Below are positions 16,073 to 26,043 of a stretch of DNA of 64,000 nt, in pieces. The stretch's first letter is position 1. Each line of letters starts with the position of its first letter. Location: positions 626-64,625 of the forward strand of contig CAZDCG010000003.1 in NCBI GenBank assembly GCA_964503955.1, read 5' to 3'. Under the pieces are notes generated by a model. The model searched no databases, was not told where the DNA came from, and saw nothing but the letters and a program-made list of their open reading frames with translations. Both the position numbers and the translations under genes were made by a program. This stretch comes from an uncultured Gammaproteobacteria bacterium (lineage in GTDB: Bacteria; Patescibacteriota; Patescibacteriia; VMEV01; CAYQCH01).

Positions 16073-17206
16073 TTATTGTCGATTGCCTTTTCGTTTTGAT
16101 GCGTCCGGCTCTTGTCCTCTGTTTTGCATCGAATCTTCGTCTTCATCCTTCTGCTTATCCTCATCCTCGTCTTTGTCCTTATCTTTCTCCTCCTCCTTCT
16201 CTTCTCGATGCTCTTTGCGGCCACGATCTGTTTTGTCTTTGCCTCGCAGAATATCAGGCTGATTCAGCTGCGACTTAGCAAATGCGCTTGCCTGAATAGC
16301 GAGCTTGAAGGATTCCTGAAAGAGCATCCGAGCTTCTTGATGGCGGGCTTCCTGAAAGGAAGATTCAGCGCGGGCAAAAGCCTCTTCTGATTCGAGCAGA
16401 TGCTGGACAGCTTTATCGTTGACCGTGATGGAGCGTTCTTCAATTTTTGCATGCTGCTCTTTGGCAGATGCGATGGCATCGCTTGCGCGTTGCTTGAAGC
16501 GTTCTACAAGCTCAACGGTCTGTTCTTCTTTTTTCTCTATTTCTGATTCAATGATCTCTTGTTCTTCTTCGATTGTGGCGGTTTGTTCTTCAAGATCAGC
16601 CTTGATTTGATGAATCCGGTTTTCGGTTTCATCGCTGATTTCAACAGTTGTTTCAATGACGGCAAAAATATCATTGTGAGCTTTAAATTTCGCTTCCAAT
16701 CGCGCATTGATTTGAGCGGCAGCTTCCAGGTTGCCTTTCTGTTCGAGCTTTTCGGCCAGCCGCGTGCTTTTTTCCGTATGGCGTTCCAGCCGCTTGGTCA
16801 GACGCTGTTTTACGCGCTCATCAAGCCGTCCGATCGCCGCGAGCTGTTCGGCTTCAAGCAGGCGTCGTTCAGCCAATTGCGCCTGCCAGACGGCTTCCTT
16901 GTCTTTGCTCAAGGTAAGGGCAGAAACGACGGGTTCATTCACATACACTTTGTAGGGGTAAAGAGGGTCGCCGGGCAGCGTATGCTCGGCAGCTAGCGCT
17001 GTGCCGCCGCCAAGAGTAAGCACCGCGGCGAAAAGGAGAGAGAGGGTCATAGGCATGGATGTTAATGGCAGCCAGCCTTTATGACGAGGAGCAGGGGAAT
17101 TTCTTACAGGATGCTCCTTGGCATAATGCAGGAGATTGCCGCGAAGCGCATCTCGCTCGTCTCCTTTAAGACGGATGGTTTCAAATTGTTTCCTGAGTTC
17201 TTTCAT
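16073..17206 (-). CDS. Putative anti-sigma factor with DUF5667-like coiled-coil extracytoplasmic domain
   Basis: ATGA overlap with the upstream ECF sigma. TM (LSLLFAAVLTLGGGTALA), LPGDPLYPYKV motif, and a charged KDKDEDEDK tail. Confidence 0.55.
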   Translation of the reverse strand: MKELRKQFETIRLKGDERDALRGNLLHYAKEHPVRNSPAPRHKGWLPLTSMPMTLSLLFAAVLTLGGGTALAAEHTLPGDPLYPYKVYVNEPVVSALTLSKDKEAVWQAQLAERRLLEAEQLAAIGRLDERVKQRLTKRLERHTEKSTRLAEKLEQKGNLEAAAQINARLEAKFKAHNDIFAVIETTVEISDETENRIHQIKADLEEQTATIEEEQEIIESEIEKKEEQTVELVERFKQRASDAIASAKEQHAKIEERSITVNDKAVQHLLESEEAFARAESSFQEARHQEARMLFQESFKLAIQASAFAKSQLNQPDILRGKDKTDRGRKEHREEKEEEKDKDKDEDEDKQKDEDEDSMQNRGQEPDASKRKGNRQ

Positions 17207-17703
17207 AAATGTTGTTGAGCGATTTTTTGCATCTTATCTTTTGCACGATGCAATCGAACAGAAATGACATTGGCCGATTCTTCCATGACCCTGGCTATTT
17301 CTTTTGGCTTGAGGCCCTCCAGATACCGCATGATGATCAGCTGCCGTTCTTCTTCATTGAGTTCTTTCAGCACCGAGGCCACCAGATGAGCGGAGATGAT
17401 TTGGCCGGTATCCATTTCCATGCTTGGCTGAAAACCCTCTTCCTGCATGGTTTCAAGCGAGAGATCTTTTTTCTTGCGATGATAGTCGATAATCAGGTGG
17501 TTTGCGGTTTTATAGAGAAAAGCTTTCGGGTGCTGCACTTCCTTGCCGCTTGAGAGATAATCCCACATTTTCGTAAAGGTTTCTTGCGTGAGCTCAAGCG
17601 CTTTCTCCCGTTCAAAGACGCGAAAATAGCAGTGCCTGAAAATGGCATCCGCTTGTTTGTCGTATAAACGCAGAAAAAATTGTTCAAGTTTTGCAGGTTT
17701 CAT
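17203..17703 (-). CDS. ECF-type RNA polymerase sigma factor
   Basis: Region 2: FLYKTANHLIIDYHRKK. Region 4: LIIMRYLEGLKPKEIARVMEESANVISVRLHRAKDK. Confidence 0.8.
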   Translation of the reverse strand: MKPAKLEQFFLRLYDKQADAIFRHCYFRVFEREKALELTQETFTKMWDYLSSGKEVQHPKAFLYKTANHLIIDYHRKKKDLSLETMQEEGFQPSMEMDTGQIISAHLVASVLKELNEEERQLIIMRYLEGLKPKEIARVMEESANVISVRLHRAKDKMQKIAQQHL

Positions 17704-17762
17704 GCGGGTATGATTATATACGACGTAAACCAGGTCAAATTCTTACAGAGCTGATATTGCTT

Positions 17763-18437
17763 ATGATCATTCCGCTCTACAAACCAAAAGGGCCGACCTC
17801 GCATGACATGATCGATGCGGTGCGAAGAATTACCGGCATCAAAAAAGTCGGGCATGCGGGGACATTGGATCCGCTGGCCAGCGGTGTTTTGGTCGTGGGC
17901 ATTACGCGCGAAGGAACCAGGCAAATGCATGAGCTGGTAAAGAAAGAGAAGGAGTATATCGCAACGATCAAATTAGGACAGACAAGCACGACAGATGATG
18001 AGGAGGGGGAGAAATCAGGCTTGCTAGATGTGCTAAACTTGCCGGACGAAGCGCAAATCCGAGCGATCCTTCCGAATTTTTTGGGCCGTATCCAGCAGGT
18101 TCCTCCCGTTTACAGTGCGGTAAAAATCCAGGGCAAACCAGCCCATCGCCGCGTGCGCAAAGGAGAGGAAATCACTTTGGAGCCGCGCGAGGTGGAAATC
18201 AAAGAAATTGAGCTGCTTTCTTATGCATGGCCTCTGCTTGTCATCCGTGTAGCGACGGGATCGGGTGTTTATATCCGTTCGCTCGCGCGCGATCTTGGCC
18301 AAGCACTTGGCTGCGGAGGATATTTGGCAGATCTTGAGCGCACGCGGGTGGGGCAATGGTCTAAAGAGGAAGCACTCACCCTTGAAGCATTTGAACGGAA
18401 ATGGGAGGATGAACTTGCCAAGCAAATCACTCTATGA
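17763..18437 (+). CDS. truB: tRNA pseudouridine(55) synthase TruB
   Basis: KPKGPTSHDMIDAVRRITGIKKVGHAGTLDPLASGVLVVGI contains the catalytic Asp motif. Start set to the ATG at 17763 (MIIPLYKP). Confidence 0.85.
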   Translation: MIIPLYKPKGPTSHDMIDAVRRITGIKKVGHAGTLDPLASGVLVVGITREGTRQMHELVKKEKEYIATIKLGQTSTTDDEEGEKSGLLDVLNLPDEAQIRAILPNFLGRIQQVPPVYSAVKIQGKPAHRRVRKGEEITLEPREVEIKEIELLSYAWPLLVIRVATGSGVYIRSLARDLGQALGCGGYLADLERTRVGQWSKEEALTLEAFERKWEDELAKQITL

Positions 18438-19249
18438 AATCGATACTTGCCATTCACGGCGTGGGCATGGTGGGCGGCGCGCATGCGCGCTATTTTTTAG
18501 AGCAGGGGCATGAAGTCCGGCAAATTGATCCGGCAAAGCGGCTTGATGATCCCATTCATGATGTCGCCCTGCACTTTATCTGCGTGCCCACCCCGTATCA
18601 AACAGAGGGAAACGGATTTGATTTGTCTTTTGTGCGCGCCGCGCTCTCTTTTATCGCGACGAACCGTGCGTCTCTGCCAACCCTGGTGGTGATCAAATCC
18701 ACGGTCTTGCCAGGGACAACGGCCGCTCTGCAAAAGGAGTATCCGGATTTTTCCTTATTCTTCTCTCCGGAATTTCTGACCGAGAAGAATGCGGATCATG
18801 ATTTGCGCCATCCCGACCGGGTGATTGTCGGTTCTGCACAAACCGCATCTGCTCACCGAGCAAAGGAAATTCTTGATCTCTTTCCTGAGGCGCCGTTTCG
18901 TGAAACGATGTCCGCCACGGAAGCGGAACTCGTCAAGTACTTTGGCAATGCCTTTCTGGCGACAAAGGTCATCTTTTCAAATCTCATATTCGATTTTTGC
19001 GAAAAACTTGGCCTTGATTATGAGCGCGTTTCGCAAGCTGCCGGCTATGATCGGCGCATCGGCCATAGCCATATGAATGTTTTGCATGACGGATACCGGG
19101 GATATGGCGGTTCCTGTTTTCCAAAAGATGTCCGCGCGCTGATCCAAAAAGCCCGCGAACTTGGCCTTGATGCCGGTTTGCTTGAAGAAGCGGAGCGGCT
19201 GAATGCCGTATACCGTTCTAAGAGCATTAGAAGAGAGAAAGCAGAATGA
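18434..19249 (+). CDS. UDP-glucose/GDP-mannose dehydrogenase family protein, C-terminally truncated (possible pseudogene)
   Basis: N-terminal NAD-binding GVGMVGGAHA and catalytic GGSCFPKD. Only 271 aa, with no UDP-sugar-binding C-domain. The 3' end overlaps the convergent mgtE. Confidence 0.55.
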   Translation: MKSILAIHGVGMVGGAHARYFLEQGHEVRQIDPAKRLDDPIHDVALHFICVPTPYQTEGNGFDLSFVRAALSFIATNRASLPTLVVIKSTVLPGTTAALQKEYPDFSLFFSPEFLTEKNADHDLRHPDRVIVGSAQTASAHRAKEILDLFPEAPFRETMSATEAELVKYFGNAFLATKVIFSNLIFDFCEKLGLDYERVSQAAGYDRRIGHSHMNVLHDGYRGYGGSCFPKDVRALIQKARELGLDAGLLEEAERLNAVYRSKSIRREKAE

Positions 19250-20216
19250 GCGCGGAAAGAAAGTAGACAATGATGCTGCCCGTATCGCGCAAAATCGTGG
19301 CAAAGGGACCGGCGCTGACTGCCGGATCTTTTTTGAATTTGAAGAGGAGAACCGGCACCACCATGCCGATGATGACAGCCAGGATAATGGTTGCAAAGAC
19401 AGACAAGCCAAGCACGGCTGACGTAAAGGGATTTGCAAAAAGCAGCCAGGTGATTGACGCAATCGTCAAACTCAAAAGAAGCGCGATGCCGCTTCCAACC
19501 AGCAATTCCTTCTTTGCGTATTTTTTCAATCCATTATACTCGCCAAGCGTAAACGCGCGGATAATGAGCGTTTGCGTCTGCCCGCCAGCGGCATCTCCCA
19601 GATAGACAACTAAAGGAATGAAAGCGGCCAGCAGCAATTCCTGCTCAAGCGCGAAATGAAAATAGTCGATAATGCGCGCGGTGATCAGCCCGCCGCCCAC
19701 TCCCATGAGCAGCCACGGGATGCGGGCAAGAACAAGCACTTTCACCGAGGCCTTTTGCGGGGAGAGAATCGATTCATTGTCCACAAAGACACCCTTGGAA
19801 TGCAATAAATCGCGGGCATGCGCGTCATTGAGAATCTGCAGAATGCTGTCGGAAGGCACCACGCCAAGGAAGCGATTATGTTTGTCGACCAGTGGAATCG
19901 CTTTGAGATTGCGCTTGAGCGCGAGCTGGACAACGCGTTCTTTATCCGAATGCAGGCGGGCCAGGACCAGCTCTTTGGTCATGACATCTTCCACGCGGGC
20001 AGAGGCAGGATGGCGAAACACGTCTTTGACTGACAAAACACCTACCGGATGCCGAGCCTTGTCCAGCACATAGACGTAGTTGATGGTGTCAAACGATTTT
20101 GTTTTTTGTTTGAGCAGCCTGGCGACATCTTCCAACGTGCGCTCATGGTCCGTGACAGGGACATCCGTCATCAAATAATGTCCGGCTAGCTTTGAAGGGA
20201 GCGGTTTCATATGCAC
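19227..20216 (-). CDS. mgtE: Magnesium transporter MgtE (CBS pair + TM domain)
   Basis: Tandem CBS domains followed by five TM helices with the conserved GDAAGGQTQTLIIRAF segment. Confidence 0.7.
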   Translation of the reverse strand: MHMKPLPSKLAGHYLMTDVPVTDHERTLEDVARLLKQKTKSFDTINYVYVLDKARHPVGVLSVKDVFRHPASARVEDVMTKELVLARLHSDKERVVQLALKRNLKAIPLVDKHNRFLGVVPSDSILQILNDAHARDLLHSKGVFVDNESILSPQKASVKVLVLARIPWLLMGVGGGLITARIIDYFHFALEQELLLAAFIPLVVYLGDAAGGQTQTLIIRAFTLGEYNGLKKYAKKELLVGSGIALLLSLTIASITWLLFANPFTSAVLGLSVFATIILAVIIGMVVPVLLFKFKKDPAVSAGPFATILRDTGSIIVYFLSALILLSLF

Positions 20217-20266
20217 TCAGTGTAGCATGGAGCGCCTGGTTTCTTCGATGAGATTCTTCTGATAGG

Positions 20267-21961
20267 ATGAAGCCAATCGATAAGCAATCTATGAAACGAT
20301 TCCTGGCCATTGCCGTCCTCATGCTTCTTTACCCTCTTCAGGGTGCTTTTGCGCAATCTTCCTTTTGGACGATTGAAGACTTTCATGCTGATATCGCGAT
20401 CCGCCAAGACGGTTCTCTGCTTGTGCGTGAATCCATTCTGGCGGATTTCAATATGGACCGCCATGGAATTTACCGCGATATCCCGGTCAAATACACCGAT
20501 GATCATGGGCAGCGGACAAGCATCAAACTCAATGTGCTCTCCGTGCATGATGCGGACGGAAACGCGTATGAAGTAAAGCAAGAGCGAAACGGGGATTATC
20601 TGCGTCTGCGCATCGGCGATCCTGATCGTACGGTGATTGGAGAACAGCTCTATGTCATTGAATATGAAGCAGACCGCGCGTTGCGGTTTTTTCAAGATCA
20701 CGATGAGCTCTACTGGAATGTCACGGGTGACGCGTGGGATACAACGATCAAACAGGCAAGCGCGCGCGTAACGATCTTTGCCGATCCGGGCGAACCCATG
20801 CAAACCCGCTGCTTCACCGGTGCGTATGGCAGCCAGGACGAGGCTTGCGAAATCACGGTGTCGTCCAATACCCAGGTTGAGTATGACGCAAATGATTTTC
20901 TGACCATTATCGCCGGCTGGCCCAAAGGATTAATCCCTGAGCCCACGGCAGCAGATAAGTGGTTTGCCTTTCTTCTGGATAATTACGGGTATGTGCTTTT
21001 GCCGTTGATGGCCTTTGCGTTAATGTTTGGCCTTTGGAAACGGTATGGCGATGATCCTGACGATCCGCCGGGGCTAGTTGTACAGTATGATCCTCCGGCT
21101 GATCTGACTCCTGCTGAAGTGAGTTATCTCATGCATCAATCGGTGAAACCGGAAGCTCTGCCGGCTGAGATCGTTCATTTGGCAGCCAAGGGGTATCTGC
21201 AAATCGAAGAGCTGAAATCCGACGCCTGGTTGAAAAAAGAAGATTATCTTCTCAAACGATTAAAACGGGACAAAGAGAGCAGATTACCGGCGCATCAACG
21301 TGCTTTGCTTGACTACGTCTTTGGCGAAAGCGGTGAAAGAAAGATTTCAGATCTCAAACCAAGCGAAGCTAAGCTCAAAACCATCCGCGATCGGCTGCAT
21401 GAGCGTGAAAAAGAAAAAGGATACTTCGTTGGAAGGCCGTCAAGAATCAAAGGCATCTATTTCAGCATCGGCAACTTCCTCATCTGGGGAGGGGCCATCT
21501 TTTTTGAGGTGTTCCCCATGCATCTGGCAATCGGTATTATTCTTTCAGGCGTAGTGGTAACGATCTTCTCGTTTTTCATGTCGAAGATGACACAGGAAGG
21601 GGTGCTTGCCAAAGAGCATGCGCTTGGATTTAAGCGGTATATCGACCAGGCAGAAACCAGACGCGTTCAATGGCAGGAAACGCAAAAAATCTTTTTTGAC
21701 GTGCTTCCTTATGCCATGGTATTTGGCATAGCCAAAAAATGGGCCAAAGCGTTTGAGGGAAGCTTTACCAATCCGCCTGAGTGGTATACAAGCCATTCAG
21801 GAAGTTTTAATAGCATCACCTTTGCCGATTCGCTCAGCAGCTTTTCTTCCGCCACCATTTCATCTGTGACACCGAAATCGTCAAGCAGTTCAAGCGGATT
21901 TAGCAGCGGCGGCGGTTTTTCCGGCGGGGGATCTGGCGGCGGAGGAGGAGGCTCCTGGTAA
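20267..21961 (+). CDS. DUF2207 domain membrane protein
   Basis: Signal peptide, beta-rich ectodomain, TM helices and a Gly-rich C-terminus GGGFSGGGSGGGGGGSW typical of DUF2207. Confidence 0.65.
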   Translation: MKPIDKQSMKRFLAIAVLMLLYPLQGAFAQSSFWTIEDFHADIAIRQDGSLLVRESILADFNMDRHGIYRDIPVKYTDDHGQRTSIKLNVLSVHDADGNAYEVKQERNGDYLRLRIGDPDRTVIGEQLYVIEYEADRALRFFQDHDELYWNVTGDAWDTTIKQASARVTIFADPGEPMQTRCFTGAYGSQDEACEITVSSNTQVEYDANDFLTIIAGWPKGLIPEPTAADKWFAFLLDNYGYVLLPLMAFALMFGLWKRYGDDPDDPPGLVVQYDPPADLTPAEVSYLMHQSVKPEALPAEIVHLAAKGYLQIEELKSDAWLKKEDYLLKRLKRDKESRLPAHQRALLDYVFGESGERKISDLKPSEAKLKTIRDRLHEREKEKGYFVGRPSRIKGIYFSIGNFLIWGGAIFFEVFPMHLAIGIILSGVVVTIFSFFMSKMTQEGVLAKEHALGFKRYIDQAETRRVQWQETQKIFFDVLPYAMVFGIAKKWAKAFEGSFTNPPEWYTSHSGSFNSITFADSLSSFSSATISSVTPKSSSSSSGFSSGGGFSGGGSGGGGGGSW

Positions 21962-22004
21962 ACGCAAAGCACCCCTCAAGCGTAAACTTTCGGGGTGCCG
22001 ACGC

Positions 22005-22715
22005 TCAGGAAGCAACCTTGAGCGGGATGGTGAAATGAAACGATGAACCCGAGCCCGGGATGCTGTTCGCCCAGATTCTGCCGCCCATGTGCAATACGAG
22101 CAGCTTGCAAATGTAGAGGCCCAATCCTTCGCCCAGGTAGAATTCACTGGCCGTGCGCTCCGCGCGAACGGATTTATCAAAGATCCGCGGCAGATCTTCA
22201 GGCTTGATTCCGATCCCATCGTCGCTGACGGCCATGTGCAGCATCGATTCCGCCAACCCGTAAGAAGCTTCAACGGAGATGGTGCCGCGTTCGCTGTATT
22301 TCAGCGCATTGCTGATGAATTCAGCAAGGATCCTGCTGATGGCGTATTCATCACCGATGAAACGGTCCGGGCAGCCCGGATGGACTCTGCATGCAAGGAA
22401 CATGTGTTTGACCGCCGCGCTTGCGGCATACAGGTCTTCGATGCGGCGCAGCAGCGTGAACAATGAGAAGGGCTCGGCGCGCAGGTCAAAATGACCTCTC
22501 TTGTAATGCGCTCTGGTGAAGATATCTTCCATCAAGGCACGCAGGCTTTCGATGCTGCGGATGGAAGATTGCGCGGCTCTTCGCACGTCTTCATTCTCGA
22601 TTTTGGCTAAAACGCTTTGCAAAGGAATAAGCGCCGCGTAGAGATAATTGCGCGCTTCATGCGAGAGCAGCTTGAGAAATTCTACGCTTTCCGTATCATT
22701 TTCTTCTTGACTCAT
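22005..22715 (-). CDS. Orphan cytoplasmic sensor histidine kinase
   Basis: H-box LSHEARNYL. HATPase_c G-boxes DDGIGI and GEGLGL. Start set to the ATG at 22715 with a GGGAGA Shine-Dalgarno sequence. No adjacent response regulator. Confidence 0.7.
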   Translation of the reverse strand: MSQEENDTESVEFLKLLSHEARNYLYAALIPLQSVLAKIENEDVRRAAQSSIRSIESLRALMEDIFTRAHYKRGHFDLRAEPFSLFTLLRRIEDLYAASAAVKHMFLACRVHPGCPDRFIGDEYAISRILAEFISNALKYSERGTISVEASYGLAESMLHMAVSDDGIGIKPEDLPRIFDKSVRAERTASEFYLGEGLGLYICKLLVLHMGGRIWANSIPGSGSSFHFTIPLKVAS

Positions 22716-22819
22716 GAGCTCTTCTCCCCACTTGTTCCAGCCCCAAAGAACCTGTATATCGTAAAAAGCAAACTTAGCCATGTCAACGCAAACGTCAATG
22801 TTTGTTGACACCTGATCAC

Positions 22820-23497
22820 ATGAACAAAATGAAAGAACGCCAAGCACGTATGATGCAATTGCTCAAAAAGCTGAAGGAATTGTATCCAAAACCTGCGATG
22901 GCTTTACACTATACGAACGATTGGGAATTGTTAGTGGCCATTATCCTGTCTGCGCAATGCACGGACAAAAAGGTTAATGAAGTCACTGCTTCCTTGTTTA
23001 AGAAATACAAGGCAATGGAGGACTATGCGGCTGCTGATCTGAACGAATTTGGGCAGGATATACGCCAGACCGGGTTTTACCGGAGCAAGGCCAAAAATAT
23101 TATCGCGTCTGCAAAGCTTTTGATGGAGCACTACCATGGCCGGATTCCCTGTGAAATGGATCAGCTGCTTGCGCTGCCTGGAGTAGCACGCAAAACAGCA
23201 AATGTGTACATGGCGCAAGCCTGCGGAAAAGCGGAAGGGATCGCGGTGGACACGCATGTTCGGAGATTTGTTTATCGATTTGATTTAAGCGATTCAATAG
23301 ATCCAAAGCGGATTGAACAGGATCTCATGCGTATCACCCCTCAAGATGAATGGGCGCATCTCACCTTGCGGTTTATCGATTATGGACGGGATTATTGTCC
23401 TGCGCGCAAACACGATTGCGACAACCACCCCCTGACCTTAATCTGGCCAGAGGCGGCGAGCCGCTGGATCTGGTCAGACGGCCGCAAAAATCATTGA
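22820..23497 (+). CDS. nth: Endonuclease III (Nth) DNA glycosylase
   Basis: HhH-GPD fold with LPGVARKTANVY. C-terminal Cys cluster C-x6-C-x2-C-x5-C (YCPARKHDCDNHPL). Confidence 0.8.
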   Translation: MNKMKERQARMMQLLKKLKELYPKPAMALHYTNDWELLVAIILSAQCTDKKVNEVTASLFKKYKAMEDYAAADLNEFGQDIRQTGFYRSKAKNIIASAKLLMEHYHGRIPCEMDQLLALPGVARKTANVYMAQACGKAEGIAVDTHVRRFVYRFDLSDSIDPKRIEQDLMRITPQDEWAHLTLRFIDYGRDYCPARKHDCDNHPLTLIWPEAASRWIWSDGRKNH

Positions 23498-23541
23498 GCG
23501 CCGTCCGGAAGCAGGCCGCGGTGTGCTAAAATACACCTACT

Positions 23542-25584
23542 ATGTCCAAAACGGAGCGGCCCACACTTGAATCACCTCGCAAACAGGAAAGCGCCATCGG
23601 CAAAAAGCCCGAGGCCTGGCTTGCTTCAGGAATGCTCTTTGAGCAAAACGAGCAGGTAAAGACTGAGCTGGAGGCAATCAGCGAGGCGATTGCGCAAGAA
23701 GGGGGGCTCTCGACCCGATCATCCGAGCAGATCCGCGCATTGGTTGAGCTCATCGTGCAAGCGGAAGCTGATCTTGGAAAACAGCGAATCGCTTTGCGCC
23801 ATGCCTCATTGCAGGTATTACAGGCTCTCGGGTACGAAGACCGGCTGGCAGAAAGCATCAGCCGGAAGTATCTGCTTACCGAAGCGGTTGGCAAAGGCGG
23901 GGCGGCCGAAGTGTATGCTGCCCGTTCCGTGGTTGATCCAACGGGGCATGAAGATGTCGTTAAAATCGTGGGCGGACGCATGGTGCGCGATGCCAGCGGA
24001 GAAGCGAAAAATTTTGTTACGCCGGTTTTTGCTGAAATGCTGAAAGACGAGATGAAGCAAATGGCCAAGGTCCGGCATCAGAATGTCGTGCCGATTTATT
24101 TTGGCGAGCTGATCGAAACCGAGCAGAGTTACGGAGAAGTTGAAATTGAAGGCTGGTATGCCATGCCTAAAATTGAAGGAGGCGATCTGGAGTCGTTCAG
24201 CCGGGATGCATCCGGCGAGCCAAGGCCGCTTGCAACGGAGGAGGGGATTGAATTAGCGGTGCAGATTGCCGATGCTGTTGCGGCGATCCATGAAGCCGGA
24301 GTCGTGCATAATGATCTAAAGCCGGCGAATATTTTTGTTCAGCAGCATGAGGGCCAGCTCAGAGCCATGGTCGGAGATTTCGGACTGGCAAGAATGATTT
24401 TGGAACAAACACATTCGGTAATCGCGGGCTTTGATCAAGACAGATTCGGACAGGGAACGCCGGGCTACGCGGCTCCGGAGCAGGTGACAAGCAAGTACGA
24501 TCTTGATGATCCTCATTCCATCGAGCGTTTTATTCCAAAGCGCGATATTTTTGCGATGGGAGCAATGTTCTACCGGTTCTTTGCCGGCAAGGAAGCGTTC
24601 AAAGAACAGGGGGAGGGATATTATCGCGTGCTGGAACGCGTGCTTCAGGATGAACGCCAGGGCCTTGCGAGCCTGCGTCCTGATCTGCCGCCGGAGCTGG
24701 CCAGACTTGTCGACCGCATGCTTGATCGCGATCCAAGCCAGCGGCCGGATAGCGGGGAAGTTGCCATGCAGCTCAAACATATCCGTCTGATAGCCAAATC
24801 CGAACAGGCTCGCAAACAGCTGCTGGCGCAATGGCCTGAAGTAGAAAGCACGCAGCCCCAGCCTAAACGCCGGGAAGTATCGCCGACGCAATCTTCTCAA
24901 TCAAAACCAAGCTTGATTGCGCGGGGAAGACAATTTTTGCGCAAATTGCTTGGTCGAACTGAGACAACGCAGCCTATCCTTACGCAAAAATCTGATCCGG
25001 CTCAACCCGTCGAAGAAGTTCGCGACCAAGCGCCTGAAGTGCTGATTCCTCCAACCGTTGATCCGCAGGATCTGCTCGATGATCTGGAAGCATCATTAGA
25101 TCGGGAGCATCCGAAAACGGAATCGCCGGTTAAGGAAACCACTTGGCCAAAAGACAAAGAGGCGCAGCGGCTGCTCATTCGCGACGCAGTCAATTACGCG
25201 CAGGAACTCTCGCTTGAAGACTTGGAACAGCAAATGGGCGTTTCGCGTTCACGGCTGGCGCCAAGACTTGCGGAACTTATCCGCGACGGGGTATTGTTGC
25301 GCGATCCGGAAACCAAACGATATCGCCGCCGCGACTTGCAAACCGAGATTCTTGATGTTTTACATGAAATGCTTAGCGCCAAAGTTCCGGCTGAACGGGT
25401 AAGCGTGCATGATCTCATGGACGAGCTTGATCTTTCAAAAGAGAGGGCGGCCGATATCCTTGCGGCGCTTAACGAGCAGGGAATAGGGACGTTTTCGAAT
25501 ACGGAACAAACCTGGCTGGCATTTTCCCAGGAAGCCAAAGCATATCCGGCCCAAGCACTCGAGGAATTCTTTTACATGGCATGA
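23542..25584 (+). CDS. Hanks-type Ser/Thr protein kinase with C-terminal winged-helix-like extension
   Basis: HNDLKPANIF, DFGLAR and APE motifs. About 250 aa C-terminal of the kinase domain contain two wHTH-like segments. Confidence 0.8.
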   Translation: MSKTERPTLESPRKQESAIGKKPEAWLASGMLFEQNEQVKTELEAISEAIAQEGGLSTRSSEQIRALVELIVQAEADLGKQRIALRHASLQVLQALGYEDRLAESISRKYLLTEAVGKGGAAEVYAARSVVDPTGHEDVVKIVGGRMVRDASGEAKNFVTPVFAEMLKDEMKQMAKVRHQNVVPIYFGELIETEQSYGEVEIEGWYAMPKIEGGDLESFSRDASGEPRPLATEEGIELAVQIADAVAAIHEAGVVHNDLKPANIFVQQHEGQLRAMVGDFGLARMILEQTHSVIAGFDQDRFGQGTPGYAAPEQVTSKYDLDDPHSIERFIPKRDIFAMGAMFYRFFAGKEAFKEQGEGYYRVLERVLQDERQGLASLRPDLPPELARLVDRMLDRDPSQRPDSGEVAMQLKHIRLIAKSEQARKQLLAQWPEVESTQPQPKRREVSPTQSSQSKPSLIARGRQFLRKLLGRTETTQPILTQKSDPAQPVEEVRDQAPEVLIPPTVDPQDLLDDLEASLDREHPKTESPVKETTWPKDKEAQRLLIRDAVNYAQELSLEDLEQQMGVSRSRLAPRLAELIRDGVLLRDPETKRYRRRDLQTEILDVLHEMLSAKVPAERVSVHDLMDELDLSKERAADILAALNEQGIGTFSNTEQTWLAFSQEAKAYPAQALEEFFYMA

Positions 25585-25652
25585 TCTATTCCTGAAACGG
25601 GCATATTGCCCGTCTCGGGAATAGCGATGACAACGGACCGGTAAGTCCATGG

Positions 25653-25964
25653 TCACCGCCGCGCGAATTCCTGGATCTGGCGGGCAAGCTCTCTCAGCTG
25701 AGCAATGCTGAGCTTAGGTGAGCCGAGCTCGCCGAAAAGGTCGCTCGTATGGTCGTCGAGGGTGAGGTATTCGTCCTTGTCTTGGGCCTTGATTCTCAGA
25801 ATCACCCGCAAATCCTGCTGTCCCTCCTCGCCCGCGACATGGAACAAGACAGCCTTTTTGCCTTGCTTCTTGAGGCGGGCGATGATTGCTGCGCACGAAT
25901 CGTCATCGGTATAAGACGTCAGCAGCTCAATTTGCGCCCTGCGTTCTTCGGTATCGTCGCGCAT
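25653..25964 (-). CDS. Hypothetical protein
   Basis: ORF only. Lies between the two kinase genes on the opposite strand. Confidence 0.3.
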   Translation of the reverse strand: MRDDTEERRAQIELLTSYTDDDSCAAIIARLKKQGKKAVLFHVAGEEGQQDLRVILRIKAQDKDEYLTLDDHTSDLFGELGSPKLSIAQLRELARQIQEFARR

Positions 25965-26043
25965 TTGTCCTCCTTTCAAATGACGACTTAGTCTTTTACA
26001 ATATATATACCATGCACGTCAACATTGACAAAAGTGCAAAAAA

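Noticed and set aside
16045-16390. ORFs 16045..16278, 16068..16262 and 16112..16390 (+) with Ser/Leu low-complexity translations
   Set aside because: Shadow frames of the charged KDKDEDEDK tail of the minus-strand anti-sigma gene.
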